Shown: positions 8,663 to 18,362 of the stretch, one piece after another
Layout: each line of letters starts with the position of its first letter
Position numbering within the stretch: position 1 is the first letter of the stretch
Sequence record: NC_054892.1
Length of the DNA stretch: 48,939 bases
Reading direction: 5' to 3' (one strand)
Source: Escherichia phage vB_EcoS_PHB17
The notes under the pieces: generated by a model
Databases searched by the model: none
What the model was told of the DNA's origin: nothing
Seen by the model: only the letters and a program-made list of their open reading frames with translations
Made by a program: the position numbers and the translations under genes

Positions 8663-8893
8663 ATGATGATGTTTGGTTTTGGTTTTGTGGCTGCAATTGT
8701 TGTGCTGATCCTGTTAAGCCGTTTCGCTCTAAACTACGCGGTTAAAAAAGGCTGGTACGCCTCCGCGATCTGGAATGAAAAAGAGAAGGTTTGGAAGGTT
8801 CGCGGTCGATACCTTAGCATTGCAGGTAAGATTTTCGACGGCATTCAAAATAAACGGGCTGGTGAACCTGGTTCCGTCAAGTATCTGGATTAA
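8663..8893 (+). CDS. small membrane protein (76 aa)
   Basis: N-terminal transmembrane helix; AAGAGG RBS; followed by strong terminator. Confidence 0.45.
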   Translation: MMMFGFGFVAAIVVLILLSRFALNYAVKKGWYASAIWNEKEKVWKVRGRYLSIAGKIFDGIQNKRAGEPGSVKYLD

Positions 8894-8897
8894 CAAC

Positions 8898-8923
8898 TAA
8901 CCCCGCGTTTGCGGGGTTTTTTA
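8898..8923 (+). terminator. rho-independent terminator
   Basis: CCCCGC-GTTT-GCGGGG stem followed by TTTTTT. Confidence 0.8.
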
Positions 8924-8965
8924 TTGCCTGTTATAATCGGACTCCAACAAAGGAGGGCAATTATC

Positions 8966-9487
8966 ATGGCTAAAAACGTCGAACCTGCTGTAAAGGCATT
9001 GAATTTTAAAGAGCTATACAATAAGAAATATGGCGACATTGCGCGATTGAGCAACGCGCACACACTTACGCCGGAGCAAGTTTTTGATCTGGCGGTTCGC
9101 TATTTTGAATGGGCGGAAAAAAATCACATTGAAGCGGCGGAAACTGCATCCTTTCAGGGCGATGTATACGAATCAAAAATCCATAAGCCGCGAATCTTTA
9201 CCCTTAACGGCTTGCGCCTGTTTTGCGGATTCTCTGAGGCCGTTACTCTGAAATGGCGCAGGGAGCCAGGATTCAGCGAAGTGATGGAATTCATCGACAC
9301 GGTAATCAATGAGCAGAAATTCCAGCTTGCGGCGAATAACCTTGTAAACGCCTCGTTTATCGCCAAAGATATTGGCGTTGATAAGCCAGCAAGCATTAAC
9401 GTTGAAGCAAACGCAAACGCCAGCGTTGACGCAGTGACGGCGGAAGAAGTAAAAGACGCGGTGCGGGATATCTTAGGAGAAATCTGA
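8966..9487 (+). CDS. putative terminase small subunit (173 aa)
   Basis: ATG 8966 after AAGGAGG; sits immediately upstream of terminase large subunit; assigned by position only. Confidence 0.5.
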   Translation: MAKNVEPAVKALNFKELYNKKYGDIARLSNAHTLTPEQVFDLAVRYFEWAEKNHIEAAETASFQGDVYESKIHKPRIFTLNGLRLFCGFSEAVTLKWRREPGFSEVMEFIDTVINEQKFQLAANNLVNASFIAKDIGVDKPASINVEANANASVDAVTAEEVKDAVRDILGEI

Positions 9488-9489
9488 TC

Positions 9490-11058
9490 ATGCTTATTTG
9501 GGAAGATTTGACAGCGGCGCAGAAACGCGCCATTAAAGAAATGAGCGAGCTTTCATTTGAAAAGATGATCCGCATATGGTTTCAACTCCTGCAAGGCCAG
9601 AAGTTTTTAAGCAACTGGCATTTCAGCTACCTATGCAGTGAGGTAGAGAAAATCATTTCCGGCGAATCGCAAAACGTGATCTTTAACATCACGCCAGGTT
9701 CGGGTAAAACGGAAATCTTTTCGATCCATATGTCGCCGTATGCGTCAATCAAAAGCAAAAAGGTGCGCAACCTTAATCTTTCGTTTAGTGATGGCCTGGT
9801 GCAACAGAACAGCAACAGGATCAAGGAGATTGTTGGATCTCCAGAGTGGCAAGAGTTATGGCCTGGCAAGCTGGCGAAAGCCAGCGCCAAAGATCTGATT
9901 GTGCAGGACGAAAACGGGAAAGTTAAGTTGCAGGTGAATTCCCGTTCAATTGGTGGACAGGTTACGGGCTTGCGTGGCGGCTATATGGATGATGGTTTTA
10001 CGGGGATGTTGGTACTTGACGATCCAGACAAACCAGATGATATGTTTTCGAAGGTGCGCCGTGAAGCAATGCAAATGCGCCTAAAAAACACCGTGCGATC
10101 ACGTCGAATGAAAGACACAACGCCAATCGTAATGGTTCAGCAGCGGCTACACGTCAATGATTCTACTTACTTCATGACAAGCGGCGGCATGGGCGGCATT
10201 CAGTTTAAAGTTGTGAGCATTCCGGCGCTAGTTACGAAAGAATACCGCGAAACGCTTCCTGAGTGGTTAATTCCTGAATTTGATCGTGATGTGCTGACAA
10301 GCGAGCCTGTTTATATTGACGGCGTGGCGCATTACTCTTTTTGGCCTGCAAAGGAGAGCGCAAAAGACCTTTTAGCGCTACGCGAGGCCGACCCATACAC
10401 TTTTGCATCACAGTATCAGCAGCATCCTATAGCGTTAGGCGGCAACGTGTTTAAAGTGGATTGGTTCCAGTATTACGGCGACGGCGAGAAATGCACGCTA
10501 CCAAAACCGGAACGCTTTGAGTACACATTTATTACGGCGGATACAGCGCAAAAAGTAGGCGAGCTAAACGACTACACTGTTTTCTGTTATTGGGGCATGT
10601 ACAAAAACCGCGTTTACTTCATTGATGGCGTGCGCGGCAAATGGGAAGCGCCAGACCTTGAAACAAACTTTGTGGCTTTCGTTAATCAGTGCTGGAAGCG
10701 CAACAAAGAATGCGGCTCCTTGCGTAGAATCCACGTCGAGGATAAAGCGAGCGGAACGGGCTTGATTCAGGGGGCAAAGAAAAAGATCCCTATTGATATA
10801 AATCCCGTTCAGCGCAACACGGACAAAGTAACACGCGCGATGGATGCAGCACCAGTTATGAGGGCGGGGCGCGTTGCATTGCCTGAAAACCATCCAATGC
10901 TTGCGGAGCTACTCGCAGAGGTGGCTGCGTTCACGTTCGATGATTCTCATCCAAACGACGATATCGTTGATAACATCGTTGATGCGGTCAACGTGGAAAT
11001 GAACCTCGCAGACGATCCGGTTGCACGCATGAAAAAACTGGCTGGATTGAAGAAATAG
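9490..11058 (+). CDS. terminase large subunit (522 aa)
   Basis: ATPase P-loop TPGSGKTE in N-terminal half, acidic nuclease-type C-terminal half; first of packaging/head genes. Confidence 0.85.
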   Translation: MLIWEDLTAAQKRAIKEMSELSFEKMIRIWFQLLQGQKFLSNWHFSYLCSEVEKIISGESQNVIFNITPGSGKTEIFSIHMSPYASIKSKKVRNLNLSFSDGLVQQNSNRIKEIVGSPEWQELWPGKLAKASAKDLIVQDENGKVKLQVNSRSIGGQVTGLRGGYMDDGFTGMLVLDDPDKPDDMFSKVRREAMQMRLKNTVRSRRMKDTTPIVMVQQRLHVNDSTYFMTSGGMGGIQFKVVSIPALVTKEYRETLPEWLIPEFDRDVLTSEPVYIDGVAHYSFWPAKESAKDLLALREADPYTFASQYQQHPIALGGNVFKVDWFQYYGDGEKCTLPKPERFEYTFITADTAQKVGELNDYTVFCYWGMYKNRVYFIDGVRGKWEAPDLETNFVAFVNQCWKRNKECGSLRRIHVEDKASGTGLIQGAKKKIPIDINPVQRNTDKVTRAMDAAPVMRAGRVALPENHPMLAELLAEVAAFTFDDSHPNDDIVDNIVDAVNVEMNLADDPVARMKKLAGLKK

Positions 11059-11076
11059 CACTAATTGCTAAAAAAC
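11055..11076 (+). promoter_or_regulatory. conserved motif copy ATAGCACTAATTGCTAAAAAAC
   Basis: Overlaps TAG stop of terminase large subunit; followed by TGATATAAT and terminator hairpin. Confidence 0.5.
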
Positions 11077-11085
11077 TGATATAAT

Positions 11086-11113
11086 CAGGGCTGGACTTTT
11101 CCAGCCCTTTTTA
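11086..11113 (+). terminator. rho-independent terminator-like hairpin
   Basis: AGGGCTGG-ACTTTT-CCAGCCCT then TTTTT, between terminase and portal genes. Confidence 0.6.
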
Positions 11114-11129
11114 TTATGGAGATCAGGTT

Positions 11130-12410
11130 ATGACTGAAAAAAACAAACTTGTTAAGGCCGATGGCTACAATGAAACATTCGGTTGCGGGAAACGCGTTGA
11201 GCAACCTTTCTACATGCAAGGTATTGCAAAAACCACGCTTGCGACTTTTTACGAGCAAGACGGGTTAGCAAAGAAAATCGTTGATGTGATCCCGGAAGAT
11301 ATGGTTACGCCAGGGTTTAGGGTTGAGGGGATCGCAGATGAGGCAGCTTTCCGTTCCCTATGGGATGAGAAGCGACTCAACGCAAAAATCATCGACGCTC
11401 TTTGCTGGTCACGTTTGTTCGGCGGCGCTGCAATCGTTGCGGTTGTGCAAGATGGGCGCATGTTGAAATCACCAGTTAAGGAGGGAGCCGTTTTAGAGGA
11501 TATTCGTGTTTATGATCGCTATCAGGTTCGAGTAGAAAAGCGTGAGACAAACGCGCGGAGCGTGCGTTATGGGGAGCCTGTTTTGTACACGATTTCACCA
11601 GGGAACGACATTCCAGAATATCAGGTGCATTACACGCGAATTTGCATCATTGATGGTGAGCGTCTACCTAACGAGCAGCGAAAAAACAATGATGGTTGGG
11701 GCGGTTCAGTCCTCAACAAGCGACTGATTGAAGCCATTCACGATTACAACTATTGTGAAGAACTGGCGAGCCAGCTTTTACGACGCAAACAGCAAGCAGT
11801 GTGGAAAGCGCGAGGCCTGGCGGATTTATGCGACGACGACGAAGGGGTTGCAGCAGCGCGGTTGCGTTTGGCGCAGGTTGACGACGAAAGCGGCGTAGGA
11901 AAGGCAATTGGTATTGACGCCAATGATGAGGAATACGAGGTTCTAAACTCTGATGTTGCGGGTGTTCCTGAATTCCTGCAAAGCAAGTTTGATCGCATCG
12001 TCGCCTTAACTGGTATTCATGAGATCGTACTGAAAAACAAGAATACTGGCGGCGTAAGCGCAAGCCAAAACACCGCGCTTGAAACTTATCACAAACTTAT
12101 TGATCGCAAACGTGGAGAGGACTACAAACCAGTTTTAGAATTCATCCTCCCTTTCCTGGTGAGTGAATCAGAATGGTCTATCACGTTCGAGCCGCTTTCC
12201 GTTCCGAGCGACAAGGATCAGGCGGAAGTATTAAACAAAAACGTTGATTCTGTCACTAAGCTGGTGCAGGATCAGCTAATCGACACGGAAGAAGCGCGCG
12301 ACACGTTGCGCTCTATGGGTTCGATTATCAAGATCAAAGACACTGATAACATCAAGCTACCGAAACCGGAAGAAACGGAACCGGAGCCAGGAACGGAGAA
12401 TAATCAATGA
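11130..12410 (+). CDS. portal protein (426 aa)
   Basis: Size and position directly after terminase large subunit; acidic C-terminus. Confidence 0.75.
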   Translation: MTEKNKLVKADGYNETFGCGKRVEQPFYMQGIAKTTLATFYEQDGLAKKIVDVIPEDMVTPGFRVEGIADEAAFRSLWDEKRLNAKIIDALCWSRLFGGAAIVAVVQDGRMLKSPVKEGAVLEDIRVYDRYQVRVEKRETNARSVRYGEPVLYTISPGNDIPEYQVHYTRICIIDGERLPNEQRKNNDGWGGSVLNKRLIEAIHDYNYCEELASQLLRRKQQAVWKARGLADLCDDDEGVAAARLRLAQVDDESGVGKAIGIDANDEEYEVLNSDVAGVPEFLQSKFDRIVALTGIHEIVLKNKNTGGVSASQNTALETYHKLIDRKRGEDYKPVLEFILPFLVSESEWSITFEPLSVPSDKDQAEVLNKNVDSVTKLVQDQLIDTEEARDTLRSMGSIIKIKDTDNIKLPKPEETEPEPGTENNQ

Positions 12411-13156
12411 AGGTAAACGGCATTGTTAAGCAATGGCGATTTCCAGAAGCGAGCGAGCGGGATTTATCCCGCTCCATCAAGCGAGCGGTGCGCGATCTGG
12501 TTGTGCTTATGCGCAGCAAAACGCGTGCAATGAAGTTTGACGCAACAGATCAGGAAATCACCACGGCAGAAGATGAGATCAGGGAATTCGCAAAGAATCT
12601 GGCGTTGTCTCTGATTGGTCTACTTCCACAACTTGCGGCTACGGTCTACAAGTTCAACTCAAAGCAATTCGTTAACGTTGCGAAATCTACGGGCGGCGCG
12701 GCTAATCCTTCCGTTATTTTGCTGATCGCAATCGGAGCCAATCAGGGAGAAAGCTGGTATCAAAAGCTATATGGCGAATGGCACACAATGAGCGCTGATT
12801 CATTCGATAAGCTATTCACTAACATCATTCAGGATTGGGCGAGTAATATCCGGCAAGCCAACTTTACCGGAAAGAATGCGGAGCAGGTTAACGAGCTTTC
12901 AGAGCAGCGATTCGCGGTCTATTCGTCCTGGTCTGGCAACCGTGCAACCGGAATTATAGGATCGTGGAATAGTCGCCTGATGCGCCAGCGACTTTATGAT
13001 GCTGGGGTGAATTCTTATTTCTGGCATGGTATGCTTGATGAGCGCGAGCGCTTAAAGCATTTGCGTTGGGAAGGAAAAGAGATTGATTTGAATGAAATTC
13101 ATCCCTTCCCTGGTGAGGAATACGGTTGCCGTTGTTGGGCGATCCCTAAATGGTAG
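12407..13156 (+). CDS. minor head / head morphogenesis protein (249 aa)
   Basis: Position after portal, start overlapping portal stop; conserved C-terminal region. Confidence 0.6.
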   Translation: MKVNGIVKQWRFPEASERDLSRSIKRAVRDLVVLMRSKTRAMKFDATDQEITTAEDEIREFAKNLALSLIGLLPQLAATVYKFNSKQFVNVAKSTGGAANPSVILLIAIGANQGESWYQKLYGEWHTMSADSFDKLFTNIIQDWASNIRQANFTGKNAEQVNELSEQRFAVYSSWSGNRATGIIGSWNSRLMRQRLYDAGVNSYFWHGMLDERERLKHLRWEGKEIDLNEIHPFPGEEYGCRCWAIPKW

Positions 13157-13169
13157 AGGAGCAAACAAA

Positions 13170-14282
13170 ATGAAAAAGGTTCAACGCTTTGATAGCGTTC
13201 AGGTAAAGGCAAAAATTGATGAGCATGGTTTTTTGGTAGACCGTCCTATTGTTGCCCGTATTGGGTTGCAGGTTTACAAGACGCCTTTTGGCGAGCGTCG
13301 AGAATTCCGCCCCGCCTCCGAGGTGTTCAAGGCTGATTCGCTTGAAACGTTTTCAGGCAAGCCGATCACTATCGGTCACGTCACAGTGACGCCGGAGAAT
13401 GCAAAAGAGGTTGTTGTTGGCGCGTGCGCTGGTGCTGGCGTGCAAAATGGGATCGGGGTAGAGGTTCCATTAAGCATTTACGACAAGCGAGCCATTCAGA
13501 GCGCTAAGAAAAAGCAAACCGCCGAATTGTCAGTAGGCTACACGTCTGTAGATATTGACAAGCCAGGTTGGGGCAACAATGCAACTGGTGAATACTTCTT
13601 TGATGAAGATATGCCGGAAGGATGGAAAGCGGATAGCGCGGATTGGGTGCGATTTGATGCGGTTCAGACAAATATTAGCGTTAACCATATCGCTTTGGTA
13701 TTCAAAGGCCGCGCAGGTATCGCAAAATTGAATCTTGATAGTGAGCAGGAATTCCCGTATGATAATTGCGAACAATCTAAAAAAGAGGATACTGTAATGA
13801 CTGTAAAAATTAAACTTGACGGCGCGGTTGAATTCGACGTTCCGAAAGAGGTTGCAACCTTCATCGACACCGTGAAAGCAGACGCAGAAGCGGCAAAAGC
13901 AAAAGCCGATGGCCTGGAAGCAGAGCGCGACGCGCTGCAAACCAAAGTTGATGGCATTCCGGCAGAAATCGAAAAAGCCGTTAAACAGGCGAAAGCAGAC
14001 GCAGAAGCACATGCGGAGCTTGTAAAAGTTGCCGAGGAAGTTGGTGTTAAAACCGATGGCCTGGACGCCAAAGCGATCAAAGTTGCTTACGTAAAAGAGG
14101 TTACTGGCGCTGACATTTCCGCGAAAGCAGACGCATACATTGATGTTGCATTTGATCTGGCGAAAGATTCTGATAAAATGGCGGCTCAACGTATCGCGAC
14201 CAAAGGCGATGCGGCAAAAGAAAAGCAGGACGGCGAAACGGCTCTAAACCCAAACGCACGCCTGGCTAAACTCAACAAGTAA
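13170..14282 (+). CDS. putative scaffolding / prohead protease-like protein (370 aa)
   Basis: ATG 13170 after AGAGGAG; C-terminal half is Ala/Lys/Glu-rich coiled-coil-like; lies between head morphogenesis and capsid genes. Confidence 0.5.
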   Translation: MKKVQRFDSVQVKAKIDEHGFLVDRPIVARIGLQVYKTPFGERREFRPASEVFKADSLETFSGKPITIGHVTVTPENAKEVVVGACAGAGVQNGIGVEVPLSIYDKRAIQSAKKKQTAELSVGYTSVDIDKPGWGNNATGEYFFDEDMPEGWKADSADWVRFDAVQTNISVNHIALVFKGRAGIAKLNLDSEQEFPYDNCEQSKKEDTVMTVKIKLDGAVEFDVPKEVATFIDTVKADAEAAKAKADGLEAERDALQTKVDGIPAEIEKAVKQAKADAEAHAELVKVAEEVGVKTDGLDAKAIKVAYVKEVTGADISAKADAYIDVAFDLAKDSDKMAAQRIATKGDAAKEKQDGETALNPNARLAKLNK

Positions 14283-14294
14283 GGAGAAACAAAA

Positions 14295-14771
14295 ATGGCT
14301 ATTCCGGCATACTATCAGAAAAACATGGCACGCGCTTTACCTGGCCAGGTTTCCGACACTTCCGCCTACAACATTGACGGCGCTTGTGTTCTGGACGGCG
14401 ACGTTAATATCCTGGTTGGCGTTGCGGTTCAGCATGGCGGCGTTGACGCCATTGGTAACAAGAAAGTCAAGCCAATGGCGTCTGAGGGTAAGGCTTACGG
14501 TGTGGCGATTCGCTCCCACTTCCAGACCACTTCCGCAAGCGGTCGCATGATGTACGAGGCTGGCGGCGGCATCAACGTTATGACCGAAGGTCGCGTTTGG
14601 ATGGTTGCAAAAGATGAAACCGCACCAGCTTACAAAACAGCGATCAAGCTGGCTGATGACGGAGAGGTTGATACCAATAGCGGCACAATCGAAACCAATT
14701 GGGTTGCAACTGGTGACTTCACCGAGTTCCAGGATCTCAAGCTGGTTGAGGTGAAGTTGTTCGGCGCTTAA
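14295..14771 (+). CDS. capsid-associated structural protein, paralog 1 (158 aa)
   Basis: AAGGAG RBS; clear similarity to the next ORF (YNIDG, VNV-T-G-VW blocks); followed by terminator. Confidence 0.5.
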   Translation: MAIPAYYQKNMARALPGQVSDTSAYNIDGACVLDGDVNILVGVAVQHGGVDAIGNKKVKPMASEGKAYGVAIRSHFQTTSASGRMMYEAGGGINVMTEGRVWMVAKDETAPAYKTAIKLADDGEVDTNSGTIETNWVATGDFTEFQDLKLVEVKLFGA

Positions 14772-14785
14772 TGCCACGTTACAAT

Positions 14786-14811
14786 AAGGCACTCTACTGA
14801 GTGCCTTTTTT
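14786..14811 (+). terminator. rho-independent terminator
   Basis: AAGGCACTC-TACT-GAGTGCCTT then T tract; between the two paralogous structural genes. Confidence 0.75.
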
Positions 14812-14832
14812 ATTTGCACAGGAGAAAATGTT

Positions 14833-15336
14833 ATGAGTGATTACGGCGTATTATGGGGAGCAACCAAGCCAGGGTGTTTGATTGATTCCACGAGATACAA
14901 CATCGACGGCACAGGGGTTTGCAAGTCGGATTCAATCCTGATTGGTAAGGCTGTATGTTTTGCCGGATTCGACGGCGTTTACAAAATGTTATCAGATGAT
15001 TTTGGCGACACTGCCGAAGCCGTTGCGGTTGGCGTCGCATTGAGAACTAACGACTGTTTAACCATTGATGAACATATGGGCTACATGGCGTACCGATCAG
15101 GCGATTCCGTGAACGTTGTCACTCGCGGCAATGTTTGGGCTTTATCTGAGGAGATCGTTTCCCGTCCAGAATTCGGTTACAAGGTTTCGGTCTTGAGCGA
15201 TGGTTTTATCAGCGACGCCGGAGAGTTCGTTGTTGATGGTTGGGAGTTCACTGGTGACTTCATCAAGTACGACAACCAATTTAACCTGGTGGGCGTTAGC
15301 TTGAAGCGTCCTGGTCGGCTCGTAGCCGCTCAATAA
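14833..15336 (+). CDS. capsid-associated structural protein, paralog 2 (167 aa)
   Basis: AGGAGA RBS; paralog of 14295-14771. Confidence 0.5.
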   Translation: MSDYGVLWGATKPGCLIDSTRYNIDGTGVCKSDSILIGKAVCFAGFDGVYKMLSDDFGDTAEAVAVGVALRTNDCLTIDEHMGYMAYRSGDSVNVVTRGNVWALSEEIVSRPEFGYKVSVLSDGFISDAGEFVVDGWEFTGDFIKYDNQFNLVGVSLKRPGRLVAAQ

Positions 15337-15354
15337 CACAAAAACCTGTTGCAC

Positions 15355-15373
15355 GTTTAACAAAAAGTGCTAT
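15355..15373 (-). promoter_or_regulatory. conserved motif copy, reverse orientation
   Basis: TTAACAAAAAGTGCTAT on plus strand between paralog 2 and major capsid genes. Confidence 0.4.
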
Positions 15374-15419
15374 CATTGGGCTGTTGATTGAAAACAGCCA
15401 CTTTTAAGGAGAATTAGCA

Positions 15420-16391
15420 ATGACTGATAAAACCAAAAAGTACGATGAATTTGATGCTTCCATTGTTTCCGCCCACCTGCAAGCGCAGGGTGTGAAAGCT
15501 GACGCATCCGATATGGGTATTTGGACGGCGCAGGAGCTACACAAAATCCGCTCTACCGCATACGACAAAGAATACCCTGTAGGCTCCGCGCTTCGCGTGT
15601 TCCCTGTTACTAATGAACTTAGCGACACGGATAAAACTTTTGAATACCAGACCTTTGATAAAGTTGGTTACGCAAAAATTATCGCTGACTATACCGACGA
15701 CCTGCCAACTGTAGACGCGCTTATGTCTACTGAGTTTGGTAAAGTGTTCCGCCTTGGTAATGCGTTCCTGATTTCCATTGACGAAATCAAAGCAGGTCAA
15801 CGAACTGGTAAGAGCCTGAGCAACCGCAAAGCAAACGCAGCGCAGAGCGCACACGATCACCTTGTTAATCACTTGGTGTTCAAAGGTTCCAAGCCGCACA
15901 AAATTGTGTCAGTGTTTGACCATCCGAACATCACCAAAGTTGTTGCGGCGGAAAAATGGTATGACGCAGGAACCAAAACCAAACGCGCGGAACAGGCTTA
16001 CAACGATCTGACTGATGCGCTGGAAGTGCTGGAAACCCAAACTGACGGGCAGCACCGAGCAACTCACATTCTGATCCCGCCGTCCGTCCGTAAAGTTCTT
16101 ATGGTTCGTATGCCTGAAACCACCGAAAGCTATCTTGATTATTTCATGAAGCAGAACGGCGGTATTACCATTGAAGCAATCGCGGAACTGGAAGATTACG
16201 ACGGTAACGGCAACAAGGGCGTACTGGTCTATGAAAAAGACCCGATGAATATGTCTATTGAAATTCCAGAAGCGTTTAACATGCTTCCGGCGCAGCCTAA
16301 AGACCTGCATTTCAAAGTGCCTTGCACCTCAAAATGCACTGGCCTGACAATTTATCGCCCATTAACTATTGTGTTAATCACTGGCGTGTAA
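15420..16391 (+). CDS. major capsid protein (323 aa)
   Basis: AAGGAG RBS; size and position in head module; followed by terminator. Confidence 0.75.
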   Translation: MTDKTKKYDEFDASIVSAHLQAQGVKADASDMGIWTAQELHKIRSTAYDKEYPVGSALRVFPVTNELSDTDKTFEYQTFDKVGYAKIIADYTDDLPTVDALMSTEFGKVFRLGNAFLISIDEIKAGQRTGKSLSNRKANAAQSAHDHLVNHLVFKGSKPHKIVSVFDHPNITKVVAAEKWYDAGTKTKRAEQAYNDLTDALEVLETQTDGQHRATHILIPPSVRKVLMVRMPETTESYLDYFMKQNGGITIEAIAELEDYDGNGNKGVLVYEKDPMNMSIEIPEAFNMLPAQPKDLHFKVPCTSKCTGLTIYRPLTIVLITGV

Positions 16392-16398
16392 TAATATT

Positions 16399-16424
16399 GG
16401 GGAATCCTTCTGGGTTCCCCTTTT
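16399..16424 (+). terminator. rho-independent terminator-like hairpin
   Basis: GGGGAATCC..GGGTTCCCC stem (1 mismatch) plus TTTT after major capsid gene. Confidence 0.55.
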
Positions 16425-16442
16425 ACTTATGGAGATTAAAAA

Positions 16443-16715
16443 ATGGCTAAAGAAAAAATTGTTGTGCTTTCCAATGTTGGCGTTTGCTCTATTCACTTCA
16501 AAGGTGATCGCTATCTGCCAGGTGATGAAATGGAAATTGCAGAAAAAGACCTTGCCAACAAAGGCATTGAATCGCTAATTCATCGCGGCGACCTGGTAAT
16601 CAAAGACGATTCCACCGCAACCAATGAAATCAAAGATCGCGTAGAGAAGCAGCGCAAGAAAGACCCCAAAGAGGGCAAGAGCCGAAAAGAATTAGAGGAC
16701 GGCGGCGAGTTTTAA
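16443..16715 (+). CDS. hypothetical structural protein (90 aa)
   Basis: ORF between capsid and connector genes. Confidence 0.4.
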   Translation: MAKEKIVVLSNVGVCSIHFKGDRYLPGDEMEIAEKDLANKGIESLIHRGDLVIKDDSTATNEIKDRVEKQRKKDPKEGKSRKELEDGGEF

Positions 16716-16719
16716 ACCC

Positions 16720-16742
16720 TGGGGCGCTAATAGCGCCCTTTG
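16720..16742 (+). terminator. weak terminator-like hairpin
   Basis: GGGCGCT-AATA-AGCGCCC with only 3 T. Confidence 0.35.
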
Positions 16743-16763
16743 TCATATCTGGAGGAAGTGAAA

Positions 16764-17165
16764 ATGATTGATGATGTAATCCAGCAAATCCAGCGCCTAG
16801 CGCCACCGATGAAACAGATTGATCCCGACTTGCTTGTTGTGTGGATTGAACTGGCGGAGGAATTCGTTTGCGAGAAGCGATTTAAAGACGCTTACCCCAA
16901 AGCTGTTGCGCTCTATACGTTGCACTTAATGACGCTTGACGGAGCAATGAAACAGGAAGGTGAAAGCATTGATTCTTACTCTTTCCGTGTTGCGTCATTC
17001 TCCCTGAGCGGTGAGTTTTCGCAGACATTTGATCGCGTATCTTCCGACACATCCGGCAAAGATATCAGGCAGACGCCGTGGGGGAAAATGTTTGAAACCT
17101 TGAACCGGAAGAAAGGCGGCGGTTTTGGCCTTGTTTCTGGTTTGCGTAGCCGGAGGAACTGCTAA
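16764..17165 (+). CDS. putative head-tail connector protein (133 aa)
   Basis: ATG 16764 after GGAGG; position between capsid and tail genes. Confidence 0.5.
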   Translation: MIDDVIQQIQRLAPPMKQIDPDLLVVWIELAEEFVCEKRFKDAYPKAVALYTLHLMTLDGAMKQEGESIDSYSFRVASFSLSGEFSQTFDRVSSDTSGKDIRQTPWGKMFETLNRKKGGGFGLVSGLRSRRNC

Positions 17166-17536
17166 TGAATTATGCAAATATTGCGCGAATGGCTACAAAC
17201 GGGATCGCATTTTTCAGTGATAAAGATGGCGAGTTTAAGCTAATAACGCAGCGCGGAGGCGTTGATATCGTTGGCGGCGTCGAGGTTGAAAAGCCGGAAA
17301 TATCAACGACAATCAAAGGGCTTGTGCGTTCACCGCGCACGCGCGAGGTTGACGGAGAAACAATCCGCGTTACTGATAAATTGGGCGTTTTCAACAATGA
17401 AGTTGAGATCCTAAACGGGCAGCATATAGAGATTGACGGCGAGCGCTACGTTATCGTTGAGGCTAGACCAATCAGGCAAACAAGCACAACGGTTGCATAC
17501 CGTCCGATAATGCGGAGGATTGCGGTTCATGGCTAA
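17165..17536 (+). CDS. putative head-tail joining protein (123 aa)
   Basis: Overlapping start; position. Confidence 0.45.
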   Translation: MNYANIARMATNGIAFFSDKDGEFKLITQRGGVDIVGGVEVEKPEISTTIKGLVRSPRTREVDGETIRVTDKLGVFNNEVEILNGQHIEIDGERYVIVEARPIRQTSTTVAYRPIMRRIAVHG

Positions 17537-17969
17537 CTACAAGATCCGGCAATTTGAGGAAACAGTTGATAAATGGATAGAGGCCGCTGGTGACGGCATG
17601 GTTGATTGCATAGAGATATTTGGGGGTAAGGTTCAAACCGCGCTAGTTAATGGCTCACCAGTCGATACAGGCCGATTTAAAGGCAACTGGCAAGTCACAG
17701 CAAACAAAGTGCCTTTGTATGCACTCAATCAGTACGACAAAGACGGGAGCAAAACCATTGCAGAGGGTAAACGGGCGCTTTATGCCATTATGCGTGGAGG
17801 CGGCGCGGTTCGCTCTATTCACTTTTCAAACATGCTTATTTACGCAAATTCTCTTGAGTACGGGCATTCTAAGCAAGCTACCGCTGGCGTTGTGGGTATC
17901 GTTGCAGTAAGATTGCGATCATTCATGGCGGAAGCAATAAAAGAGTCGAGGATAAAAAATGCACTATGA
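17529..17969 (+). CDS. putative tail completion protein (146 aa)
   Basis: ATG 17529 after GGAGGA; position. Confidence 0.5.
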   Translation: MANYKIRQFEETVDKWIEAAGDGMVDCIEIFGGKVQTALVNGSPVDTGRFKGNWQVTANKVPLYALNQYDKDGSKTIAEGKRALYAIMRGGGAVRSIHFSNMLIYANSLEYGHSKQATAGVVGIVAVRLRSFMAEAIKESRIKNAL

Positions 17970-18360
17970 GCTAATGTTAGCGGCGCGTAAGGCGCTGGCG
18001 GAGCAGTACGAGCGGCGTTACCCAATAGCTTACGAAAACGTTGAATTTGTACCTCCCGCCGATGGTTCTCAATGGCTGGCGTTTCACTATAAAGAAGTCG
18101 ATACAGCTTACCTTTCCCTTGATCGCAAATGCCGATCATTTATCGGGATGGTTCAGGTAAACATTGTGTTTGCTCCTGGTTCCGGCACTGACAAGGCGCG
18201 GCGACTGGCAAAAGATATTGCTGATTTCTTTGAAGATGGTAAAATGCTAGACGTTGGTTATATATTCGAGGGCGGAGAAGTTCGACCAATTCAAAAGAGT
18301 GAAACAGGCTGGCTTGTTCCGGTTCGTTTCAGTGTTAGAGTAGAAGAAAAGAGGATCTAA
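17959..18360 (+). CDS. putative tail terminator protein (133 aa)
   Basis: Position immediately upstream of major tail protein. Confidence 0.45.
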   Translation: MHYELMLAARKALAEQYERRYPIAYENVEFVPPADGSQWLAFHYKEVDTAYLSLDRKCRSFIGMVQVNIVFAPGSGTDKARRLAKDIADFFEDGKMLDVGYIFEGGEVRPIQKSETGWLVPVRFSVRVEEKRI

Positions 18361-18362
18361 TT

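Noticed and set aside
13530-14189. 219-aa and 138-aa minus-strand ORFs inside the scaffold-like gene
   Set aside because: Antisense artefacts of the Ala/Lys-rich repeat-like coding region on the plus strand.
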